Shown piece by piece: positions 41,518-51,382 of a DNA stretch of 64,000 nt. The translations under genes were made by a program, and so were the position numbers. The notes beneath the pieces are model-generated. The model was not told the origin of the DNA and searched no databases. It saw nothing but the letters and a program-made list of their open reading frames with translations. Source of the DNA: Trypanosoma brucei (lineage: Eukaryota); NCBI GenBank assembly GCA_000002445.1, contig CP000067.1, positions 1,024,001 through 1,088,000 of the forward strand. The letters run 5' to 3'. How positions within the stretch are numbered: position 1 is the first letter of the stretch; every line of letters begins with the position of its first letter.

Positions 41518-44500
41518 AGAAAAAAAAGTAAAATAAAGAAATAAAAAGAAAATTAGCCCTTTCCGAATTTCTCAACGCCCACTCAAAGTTGTGGAGTGTA
41601 CTGGGCAAAAATAAAATAAAAGACAAAAAGTAGATAAATACAACAACAAGCACACCAATAAATAGGAGGGAGAGTAAAAGAAATCAGAAAAAAAATTAGG
41701 GAAAAACATTGAGGAGGAAAATGACGGTGACGGGTGGGGGAATATGAAACAAAGAGAATATATATATATATATATATATATAGGAATGACACGCATATTT
41801 TTTTTTTTTCATTTTCCCTTTTGACACTCCACTCAAATCATTCGCTCTTTTCGTCCCCTCACCCGATCGCCATCATTAACCAAACTTTGATATCGCAGGC
41901 TGTGAAATTGCTCAAGACCGGACAAAACGAGGGAAAATAAAACAAAAAAAATAGAAAGTTGAGAAAGGTGTTGACACCACACATTATATTAAATACAAAA
42001 AAAACAATGAACGATGCTCATCACAGTGGTCAGGATACCTGCCAGTGGTGCACGATGGAAAGAAGTCCATGCGAAGGCCTTCCTCTACTTTTTTCCCTCT
42101 TTCGAAACGCATTATTACTCATTTAAAAGACATTAACAACAATAACAACAACAAAATAATTACAAAGATATTATTTTTTAAAGTTAAAAAGAAACTAGGG
42201 TAGGGTAGAGAGGAAAACGAAACAAAACAAGCATAAGAAAGGTGATAGCATACAGTTGTGACCACTTTACCTTAAATAGAAATTTACTTTCTCTTTATAT
42301 CTTGTTACACCCAGGGGCTTAGTGGGAAATAAGCACTTTCTCAGCTCTTGTCAGCGCCTCAAACTTAAGAATTGAGTCCGCCGCATGCTGGCACTTACGT
42401 TTAGTTTATGTTCATCCCCTGACGGTATCCAAAATGGTGGAGCCGGTGCCGAACACAATAAGAAACACACCGCACAGCAGCACCACATAAGTCGTAATGT
42501 AATATAAGGGCCCAACTTTCTGCCATGTGAAGCCCCCTGAGTACATAATCAACAACGCGGGGAAGACGAAACCCAGTGAACCACCACACACAGATCCGGC
42601 AATACCAAACACGGTGGTGATCTTCGGGATGAATATACTCAAAAGCAAAACAAGGAACGACAGTGTAATGACTGACACGCAATGCTTCCAAAAGGGTAGA
42701 GAATCCGCAGTCTTCCCAACGACGTCATACAATGCATTACGACACGCCATAGCAACTAGGGCATAGGATACGCATAGTTTGATAACGACGCCAATCATAC
42801 CAACCATTACAGCCGGCTCCTTTACGGGGTCGTACATAAGCAAAATAGAACTGGTTGCGGTCTTACCAAAGTCCATGTAACCGAAAAAGGCAGTGATTAT
42901 GTACATTATACAGCAAAGGGTATTGGCAATGATGGCCGCAATAACAAACTTACGTACTGAACGATCCTTCATGTCAATATAAACTTCGTACGCTGTAATC
43001 TGCGATATGAATGCGAACATAAATACTCCCATTCCCTCAATGGCCTGGAATCCGCTGTTGAATAGGATGATTTCGGCATCTTCGCTCTTGGTCACACTAA
43101 CATTCTTTATATTCTCCGACAAGCCATTCATGCACGAGTGCACAACGATCACAATGACAAAATACACCATGAAGGTAACGGCAAAAGTGGAGACGTACCG
43201 AAGGGAGTCGATGTGACGCGGAATCGTCAGTGGAAGCATAAAACATGCCCAAACCACCGCCATGAGAAGACGATTACCTGATTTTTCCTTCAGGAAGTCC
43301 GGCGCATTTGTGCCTTTCAAAATGGCAGACAAAATATCTCCCACTGAAATCACGTAGGCAACACAACCACTAAAACCGAGTAGCGCTCGAATACCAGCAA
43401 GAACATACGCAGCCCCGCGGCCGAGAAGTGCGCGAGTTGCCCTCTCGAAGGTGGGGGCTCCTGAGCGGTCGGCTGCGACTGAGAGGTTGTGCATCGTGAA
43501 AACCGTTACGGAAGAGATGAAAATGAGGTAAAACATTCCCATGATAAGGCCGGTACTGTTGGCCACCGGAGGCATCCCGAAGATTCCCGCACCGATTGTT
43601 GTTGACGCCATGTTAAAAGCACTGGCCGCAATGCCACCCGGAGGCAAAACAGTGGCGACGCACAAACTCACCTTCGTAAAGAATGTGTTTCGCCCCTTCT
43701 TCACGTTATCTTCGGTCTGCACCGGTTCATTGGAGAGGTTGTTTGGCGTTTGCACTTCTTGTTGTTGCTTGGAGTTGCTCATTGCGTCTTGCAGTCGATT
43801 AGCACTTTTAGGGACTTCTTTTACCCACAGAGTTTCGGGAACAAAAGGATGAAAGAGAAAGAGCATGAGGAAGTGATGTGCAAGGAAAGTTAGATATGCA
43901 CAAGTTGGTGCGTACCATGTCTGAAAGTTTATTGAAGAAGATGCAAGCACACACCTGGAGAGACGCAAATGACGTTCGCCTCCCTTCGTTTTGTGCTTGA
44001 GCTGTGCAGCAGTTGCCCCGATGATTGTAATGCACACGAGGTGATTTCCATACCAACGTTGAATAGAGTTGTTTGAGGGCAAATTCACTTGCCACTGGAG
44101 TTACAAACGCATAAAGTCGTTTCGGCATGCTAGTGATTGTTTGCTCACGTTTCTTGTCGATTGCGCCACTTCTTCAGTACCATACGACTTCATGCGAGAT
44201 GAAGAGCGGGGAAGACTTCTGCAAGACAAAACTTAAAATGTTGCAGTGCTTTGAAGCAGAGTGGACATACACATAACTTTGCTCCTTGATACCACAGCTA
44301 GGAACGCAGCGCCCCAAAGTTATGAATTACATATGAACTTGATGCACTTGATGGAAGCGGCACCGCGTGAATGCCACTACTGAAAGTGTATGAAAGGAAA
44401 GAAAAGACAATAAGAATATTAGGGGAAAGAACAAAGAAGGGGTTAATGTTTCGCAATTACCATTTAACCTAGTGGTATACCTGAGATAATAAAATCAGCG

Positions 44501-44841
44501 GTGCACCGAAAGAAATGCTGCACAGCCTGAGCACCGAGGGAGGAAGTTGAGGTAAAAAGAAAAAAAAAGAAACCATAAAACAAAAAAGAAACCGAAAGGG
44601 ACCCTCGAATGGTATCGCAGAAGCAGCATTTGGAGATGAGTGGACGCATGGAGTCGGCAAACTTGACGGTTTTACCACCGCTTTATTCAACGGCAATGGA
44701 GCCACCGCCTCCAGCCGCATCGCATAATACGGCCAAATCACTGCAATTCGCACCTCCGCTTGTTGTATTTTCTAATCGGCGGACGTAACGAGGGAAAAAC
44801 GATGGGACCCCAACGAGATGACAACGACAAAAGAAAAAAAA
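41518..44841 (-). repeat. Tandem repeat unit 3 (about 3323 bp) carrying AAT copy 3
   Basis: Its (TA)n is (TA)12. It has one coding SNP (Ala to Val) and two or more spacer SNPs near 44470-44760. Homology to the other units ends at about 44841, where the sequence diverges into unique sequence upstream of the 471-aa paralog. Confidence 0.85.
42412..43782 (-). CDS. Amino acid transporter, tandem array copy 3 (456 aa), one substitution relative to copies 1 and 2
   Basis: It is identical to copies 1 and 2 except MPPVANSTG against MPPAANSTG (Ala to Val). The same nucleotide change shows in the antisense track ORF (LLATGG against LLAAGG). Confidence 0.8.
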   Translation of the reverse strand: MSNSKQQQEVQTPNNLSNEPVQTEDNVKKGRNTFFTKVSLCVATVLPPGGIAASAFNMASTTIGAGIFGMPPVANSTGLIMGMFYLIFISSVTVFTMHNLSVAADRSGAPTFERATRALLGRGAAYVLAGIRALLGFSGCVAYVISVGDILSAILKGTNAPDFLKEKSGNRLLMAVVWACFMLPLTIPRHIDSLRYVSTFAVTFMVYFVIVIVVHSCMNGLSENIKNVSVTKSEDAEIILFNSGFQAIEGMGVFMFAFISQITAYEVYIDMKDRSVRKFVIAAIIANTLCCIMYIITAFFGYMDFGKTATSSILLMYDPVKEPAVMVGMIGVVIKLCVSYALVAMACRNALYDVVGKTADSLPFWKHCVSVITLSFLVLLLSIFIPKITTVFGIAGSVCGGSLGFVFPALLIMYSGGFTWQKVGPLYYITTYVVLLCGVFLIVFGTGSTILDTVRG

Positions 44842-45243
44842 GAAAACAAAAGAATTTGAGCAGGAATTTTTTTGGGAAAAAGAGATGAAATTTGCTTCAC
44901 ATGTTGTAAAGATCAAGTACTTTAATCGTTCCACAATGCAGTGGCGAAGTAAAAGATGAAAGAAGACCTACCACCAAACCAATGAAAAAAGAACCGAAAG
45001 TGGTCCGCTCATTCGCTACCACTGCGGCAGCAAAAAAAGAGGGAAAATGAGTGGAATGCGAAAGGGTGGAGACAACTGTTGCCGAAAGAGTGAAGACACG
45101 TTGGTGGCGGTTAACTATCCTCCGCTGCGTTCAATGGTAATAGGCAGATAAGTAACAAAACATCTGATTTATTTATTTACTTATTTACTGACTCTCCTCC
45201 TTTACCTCCTTTTTTTCTTCAATAGGAACTTCAAAGCCGCCGG

Positions 45244-46659
45244 TTAACCAGTTATAGTGCCCCATATACTTGCACCCGTGCCGAAAACAATGCCTACAAC
45301 ACCACAAATTAGTAAAACATATGTCGCAAGATAATGTAAAGACCCAACTTTCTGCCATGTGAAGCCCCCTGAGTACATAATCAACAACGCGGGGAAGACG
45401 AAACCCAGTGAACCACCGGTAATCGAGCCAGAAAAACCAAGGACGGTATTAACATTGGGAATGAATAGACCCAAAAGCAGTGCAGCAGTGGACAGCACGA
45501 TGACTGACACGCAATGCTTCCAAAAGGGTAGAGAATCCACATTCTTCTCTGCAATGCTGTACAATGCATTACGACACGCCATAGCGAGCAGCGCATACGA
45601 AGCAACCAGCTTTACAAGCACGCCAATCATACCAACCATTACAGCCGGCTCCTTTACGGGGTCGTACATAAGCAAAATAGAACCGGAAACAGCACGACCA
45701 AAGTCCATGTAACCGAAAAAGGCAGTGATTATGTACAGCGCAGTACACAGGGACATGGCAATGATGGCCGCAATAACAAACTTACGTACTGAACGATCCT
45801 TCATGTCAATATAAACTTCATACGCCGTGTCCTGACAAGTGTAGGAAAACATAAATACTCCCAACCCTTCAATGGCTTCATTCCCGCTATTAAAGAGAAT
45901 GATGGCAGCTGTATCACTCTTTCCAACACTAACATTCTTTATATTCTCCGACAAGCCATTCATGCACGAGTGCACAACGATCACAATGACAAAATACACC
46001 ATGAAGGTAACGGCAAAAGTGGAGACGTACCGAAGGGAGTCGACGTGACGCGGGATCGCCAGTGGAAGCATAAAACATGCCCAAACCACCGCCGTGAGAA
46101 GACGATTACCTGATTTTTCCTTCAGGAAGTCCGGCGCATTTGTGCCTTTCAAAATGGCAGACAAAATATCTCCCACTGAAATTACGTAGGCAACACAACT
46201 CGTAAAACCATCAAGCGCTCGAAGAACAGCAATGGCATAAGCAACTCTACGACCCATGAGGACAAATGTTACGCTTTCATATGTGGGTGCTTTGGAGCGG
46301 TCCGCTGCGAGGGCGAGATTACGCATGGAATAGATAGTCATGCAACTAATAAAAAAGAGGTAAAACATTCCCATGATAAGTCCACTGCTGCCGGCCGATG
46401 ACGGCAAGCCAAAGATGCCAGCGCCCAGCGTTGTCGCTGCGATGTTGAAGGCACTGGCGATTGTACCTCCGGGAGGGATGAATGCAGCAAATTGTGTGCT
46501 CTGCTCACCAGGAGGTTGCTTCCCTGATTGGGGTTCGTTTGATTGAACATTTTGACTGGTTTCACAGTTTCCAACGTTATTATTGACAACGGTGTGACCG
46601 ATCGGCTCGAAACAATTGTGAGGTACGGTGTTGCTTGTATTTTCTCTGGCAATACACAT
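45244..46659 (-). CDS. Amino acid transporter, diverged mosaic paralog at the upstream end of the array (471 aa)
   Basis: The ATG start is verified. The N-terminal 65 aa diverge from the array copies. Long internal blocks are identical to them: CVAYVISVGDILSAILKGTNAPDFLKEKSGNRLL, RYVSTFAVTFMVYFVIVIVVHSCMNGLSENIKNVSV, ILLMYDPVKEPAVMVGMIGV and GGSLGFVFPALLIMYSGGFTWQKVG. Diverged blocks are interspersed between these. Confidence 0.8.
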   Translation of the reverse strand: MCIARENTSNTVPHNCFEPIGHTVVNNNVGNCETSQNVQSNEPQSGKQPPGEQSTQFAAFIPPGGTIASAFNIAATTLGAGIFGLPSSAGSSGLIMGMFYLFFISCMTIYSMRNLALAADRSKAPTYESVTFVLMGRRVAYAIAVLRALDGFTSCVAYVISVGDILSAILKGTNAPDFLKEKSGNRLLTAVVWACFMLPLAIPRHVDSLRYVSTFAVTFMVYFVIVIVVHSCMNGLSENIKNVSVGKSDTAAIILFNSGNEAIEGLGVFMFSYTCQDTAYEVYIDMKDRSVRKFVIAAIIAMSLCTALYIITAFFGYMDFGRAVSGSILLMYDPVKEPAVMVGMIGVLVKLVASYALLAMACRNALYSIAEKNVDSLPFWKHCVSVIVLSTAALLLGLFIPNVNTVLGFSGSITGGSLGFVFPALLIMYSGGFTWQKVGSLHYLATYVLLICGVVGIVFGTGASIWGTITG

Positions 46660-47095
46660 TAGATCTTACAGCTAGTAGCGTTTTCCCCTTCCCCACTGTT
46701 TAACTTACCTAGTTGCCTGCGACTCGTCTTTTAGGTACCGTCTAAGGCAATAATTTGAAGGAAAATGCAAACGGAATAAAAACAAATACCGAAAGAAGGA
46801 AGGGGACGGGAAGTGAGGGTTGGTGTGGAAAGAGTTGGTCGGCAGCGATGCAACCACCTCGTTATGAGTAGGGGGATGAAGGAAGCATATGTCAAAGCGT
46901 GTAGCTCATTGCGTCGAAGGATGCCTATACGGCAGAAAGGGTGTATTCCAAGTGACCACGGCATCCCATCCACGCTATTGAACCCTTTAATTGAGTACCA
47001 TGGTTTCACCCCAAAGATTCCTCGCTTAATCGTCCGTTTAGTCTCATTCATATTTAGATTTGCCGTTTGTGGTGCAGCATCCCCATTCAAGGAAC

Positions 47096-48661
47096 TTACC
47101 GAAAGGCGACAATACAAATGTTTTCTCCTGTTACACTCGACTCGGCGTACTGACAAAGATAGGTCCGCCGGAATCCACTTTGTTTTAAGTATTCAAGCCG
47201 GAAAGCGTCAATTACTCTTTTACAACACATACCTGTGAGGCGTCGCTCAGCATCCACAGCTTCTCCACTCACTGCCCAAGAAGACATGGAAGTTATTGCG
47301 GCGAACTCTCTCTCACTAAACGTATGGTTGGTACCAGGAATCGCGATTCGGCCCCTGCGACACTCGCTCGGGGATAACAAGGCATTTATATGCTTCAATT
47401 CACAGCGTTGGTGACAGCATGTAGCGAAGACAACGGCACACACAGAGGCAAACCCTTCCGTGTTAAGATTAGGTGCTGTAACGCACGAGAGAGCAAAGTC
47501 TGTGCATGCTCCACAAAGGTGTTTGCCGACGGCCACCCACTGTTCTTCCACCGACACTGACTGCTTGATGGCGTTTGTGCATTGATCGGATGTACTGCTT
47601 GTTTCCTCTCTGGACCGTTTACATGTGGACGCACCACATAGTGCTTTTGCCAAATCAAGGTCCTTTATATTGATGCGCAATCGAACGAGCGGAAGGCGAC
47701 TGTTTCGAACACACGCATCGGCTTTGCGCCGGAAGTTATCCATATCTACAACTACAATACGCGGAAAGCCTCCATTGTCAGCACTAAGGGCCTCATTCAC
47801 GGCTGTCCGCCCTTCCTTTCTCTCCTGAAATCCGGGATGACTATGACAATACCGGATAGACCCTGAAAGCAAAGCATCCTGCAACGAAACAGCGAGACCA
47901 GCTTTGCCTGCACCTAATTCAAGGAAACCGGCTATTCTAACATATGTGTTTCCAAGATTCCCCCGCCCCTCGGCGTAACCGCGGATGACCGTCTGCACGC
48001 AACGAAGCAAAGCCCTGTGCTGCGGCCCATGTTTGTTGGAAATTCGTCGCGTTGACCCTGTGCTGCTGTTATCTTGAAAGGGCTCCTGACATTCCTCCGC
48101 AAGAAGGACAATCCGTGGCTGGATAACATTAAAGTAGCACTCCCTTACGCGTGTGATGAGGTCCTCCAAAACCACCGTGTCCATATGATGATGTGTGAAG
48201 CGTTCCTTTTCCGATTCCTGGGAAGTGACACAGTAGGCCACGCCTTTGCACGCATGTAGGTCCTTGCTATAGTATGGGAGCTTGTCAACAACAAAGCGTA
48301 GATCAGGACATACCTTTACGTGCTTTTGCAATTTATCGGCATAAACAGTGTGGTTTGGGTTGATGGGACACGGGACCCGCTGGAGGGCGCGTGAAGGTCC
48401 CGTAGAAACGCCCTCACCAGCAGTTCTCCCCGGGCCAACGGCTGAGCCCGAGCTGCTCAAAACGACAGCAGGTGTTGTTTCCCCCGTTGTGGTGCCGTTC
48501 ACATCGTGAGTGGGACAATAGCGCCCACCGGCTCGTTTGGCCGTGCGACAGAACCGGCGCTTGTGCGAGAGGTAAAAATCGCATGCCACAGCGTCAGGGT
48601 TATGAGTGGGGCGCATTTGTCCCTTTCCGGTCCCTTCGCCTTCCTGAGTTGTGGCATCCAT
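47096..48661 (-). CDS. TRM13: TRM13-like tRNA 2'-O-methyltransferase carrying CCCH and CHHC zinc fingers
   Basis: The 521-aa ORF has a verified ATG start. The N-terminus has CDFYLSHKRRFCRTAKRAGGRYCPTH (a TRM13-type CCCH finger), followed by PCPINPNHTVYADKLQKHVKVCP (a U11-48K-like CHHC finger). After these comes a methyltransferase-like body that includes a Gly-rich LELGAGKAGL motif. I assigned the family from domain order by recall and have not searched. Confidence 0.6.
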   Translation of the reverse strand: MDATTQEGEGTGKGQMRPTHNPDAVACDFYLSHKRRFCRTAKRAGGRYCPTHDVNGTTTGETTPAVVLSSSGSAVGPGRTAGEGVSTGPSRALQRVPCPINPNHTVYADKLQKHVKVCPDLRFVVDKLPYYSKDLHACKGVAYCVTSQESEKERFTHHHMDTVVLEDLITRVRECYFNVIQPRIVLLAEECQEPFQDNSSTGSTRRISNKHGPQHRALLRCVQTVIRGYAEGRGNLGNTYVRIAGFLELGAGKAGLAVSLQDALLSGSIRYCHSHPGFQERKEGRTAVNEALSADNGGFPRIVVVDMDNFRRKADACVRNSRLPLVRLRINIKDLDLAKALCGASTCKRSREETSSTSDQCTNAIKQSVSVEEQWVAVGKHLCGACTDFALSCVTAPNLNTEGFASVCAVVFATCCHQRCELKHINALLSPSECRRGRIAIPGTNHTFSEREFAAITSMSSWAVSGEAVDAERRLTGMCCKRVIDAFRLEYLKQSGFRRTYLCQYAESSVTGENICIVAFR

Positions 48662-49889
48662 TTAATCAATACCTATGGTCAAATGCCGGTAAATGCAACT
48701 ACTTTAAGGCCAGTGTCTAACCAAATAACCGTCGCGGTATCCAGCACTTCACACACGCAATTCACAGGGCACCCCTGCCACCTGCTCGGACGATATACAT
48801 GTAAGAAAAAAAAGAAGGGCAGAGGCGACAGCAGAAAGAAAATGTGTAGGCGCACAAAAAAGTTTAAATAAAATGCTGAGTGGAGTGAAGAAGCGCAGCT
48901 ACAACGTAATGGAAAGAGACATATTTAGAAGTACGCGAGACACTTTTTTTTTCTTCCCTCTTTGTTTCTCAAGGTGGAATGAATGTAAAATACATATTCA
49001 CGCTACCATCGGGTTCATATGTTTATATATATTATTTTGAAAAGTATATGTATATATATATATATACATATATGATGCACCGGAATGCACCCTACGCGGT
49101 TGGCGCAGTAAAATTGCGAATACATGTCTTTCCTGTCTTCGTATCGTTAGAGTTCTCCCAGAAAAAAAAATGCGGTGGAGGTAATTTCTTGTGTTTCTAC
49201 TGCAATTAATAAACATAATCGAAAGAAAATATACATTGAAAAGAAAAAAAAAGGGCCTCATATAACAAGAAAAAAATTGGTTCTTGTGATAAAGGATGTG
49301 AAAGTAAGGGTGAGGGGGTTTGTTAGAAAAAAATCTGTAGTAAAAGAACAACAGCAGTCAAAACACCGACCGCATGTATGATTTCGCAACAAATAGTCGT
49401 GATGATCACTGATGACTTTTACCATCGGGCAGTGCCCGCAGAAGCACCAAAAGTAAGAACAAAAACATAAAACAAACAAACGAGCAAGCAATAAGATTGA
49501 CAAACAGCAGCAGCATTGACCTCATACAAGAAAAACAATTTCTGGGGACTAAACACAATATGAAGAAGGAGGAAGAAGAAAATCCAAACCGCGGTGCGGC
49601 TTTGAAAGAGGGTCAAATAGTGAGAAAACAAACAGACAAAACAAACAAATACCATCGACATAAACTGAAGTGAGCCCCCTTTGCCCGCTAATATAAAGCC
49701 CTTCGACACTAAAGGCGTGACACATCACTACCGGCACGACCATAACAATGAAAACATATACGGCCAATGATGTTTTGTTTTTCTTTTGTCATGGTTTCTC
49801 TCGTACAACTACGTAAGCACCCCATTCTTGGCAAAGACAAAGAGAAGGAAACAAAAAAAGAAGGAAAGGAAAAACAAAAAAGGCGTGCC

Positions 49890-50669
49890 TCAAACCCATC
49901 CGATTGCCCTTACGTCATTAAGTTCGTTCATTGCTCTCATTTTTTTCCCACCATCTGGAAGGTAATAAATGGGCTCAAGAGGAACGCGACATGTTGGCAA
50001 GCTCTTACGCATGTACGGGGGTTTATGCCTGTCGCTTGGGCGGAGTCGATCCATCTCTGACTTGAGCGGCTTGAAGGAACAACAGGTTACGACTCCCCAA
50101 GCATAAATGTAGCGATAATGAACCCGTGGCTTCAGAACATCAAGAATAAGTGCAAACATAGTCTCCGCTTCATTCATTAGGATCGATCGATCCATGGCCT
50201 CCTCCATCAAAGTAACGATAAGAGAGATGGCGTTTTGCTCTTCCCGTAGTGTTTCGGTACGCGTAGAGTCCTCTTCATAGACAATTTTGTCTTGTTCCCG
50301 CTTGATACGGAACTCGCGTTTCATTTTCGCGACGCAGTCATCGGTGCCGTCGTCATCCTCTTCTTCTTCCTCATCGGCGCTTTGGTTATTTCTTCCTGAT
50401 TCACCTCTTTCCACAATGAGAATTCCGTTCCGTTCCAATTCCTCATCCCATAGCATTTTGGTGAGGCCGCGGTACCATCGGTGCTGCAAATTGGCACGCG
50501 CAAACTGTTCGCCGTCCTCAAGAGGAATTAAGAATGCATGAAGGCGATTTTCCTCGGAAGCTGAGTTATCGCCCTCCAAGACGTGTTCCGCAGGCGCAGG
50601 CAGTTCTGTTTCCGTGAGTGTACGTTCTTCTTGATCCGTTACTCTGCTCGTTTCTTCCGTATTATCCAT
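49890..50669 (-). CDS. Hypothetical acidic protein
   Basis: The 259-aa ORF has a verified ATG start. It contains an acidic run, ADEEEEEDDDGTDDC, and no recognisable domain. I call it because it lies in the same orientation within the gene cluster. Confidence 0.45.
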   Translation of the reverse strand: MDNTEETSRVTDQEERTLTETELPAPAEHVLEGDNSASEENRLHAFLIPLEDGEQFARANLQHRWYRGLTKMLWDEELERNGILIVERGESGRNNQSADEEEEEDDDGTDDCVAKMKREFRIKREQDKIVYEEDSTRTETLREEQNAISLIVTLMEEAMDRSILMNEAETMFALILDVLKPRVHYRYIYAWGVVTCCSFKPLKSEMDRLRPSDRHKPPYMRKSLPTCRVPLEPIYYLPDGGKKMRAMNELNDVRAIGWV

Positions 50670-51382
50670 ATTTACACCTTTATTATTATTGTTTCGGTAT
50701 TGGTATGCTCCTAACTTTTCACCTCTCCTCTTCTTTATTTTTTTCGGCTAAAATATGTGATGCTTTTCTTCTTACCTTTTGCCTTGTTTATTTTTCGTTA
50801 TTATCTTTGCTTTTAAGAAAGTATGTCCCTAAGTATATAATTTTGCATGATATATACGTACACACATACACGATAAAAAGGGGGAACACAAGAGAGGAAA
50901 AAAATATATTCAGATCATTATGAGACGGGGAGTACAAACATCATGCAAGCCAGCGATGGCCTTCCTTTAAAAAATAAAAACACCAAAAAAAAACCAAGAC
51001 AGTGCTTTTGTGTAGGTTGCGGACAACAAGGGGTTCTTTTTCTTTTTCATTCGTTGCCACGCATTCGTCCCTTATGGAACTCTCAGAACCTTTGCGCTGG
51101 AAGGCAATGCCCTTTGGTATTTCCTCTGTCTATTATTTAACCCCTTCTCTCTTCTTTTTAACATGAACTGGAACCAATGTTAGTGAATCAACAAGAGGGA
51201 GGGGGAAAATCCACAAGAGGAAGGGGTAGAGGACCGTTATGCGTTGCTCTTTATTTTTTTCCCTTTTTGCATTGTTTCAACTCTAACGAATATCCGTATG
51301 AAAACATGAAGAGGTCGCATACCGATGGAAGAGGTAAACACCCCTTGTACCACTTCGTCTTCTCATCCCCTCCTTCAGCTTC

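Noticed and set aside
46731-47238. Overlapping 141-aa ORFs on both strands between the diverged AAT and the TRM13 gene
   Set aside because: The minus-strand ORF overlaps the 3' end of the TRM13 CDS in another frame, and the plus-strand ORF is antisense. Neither has a motif. This is likely 3'UTR or spacer.
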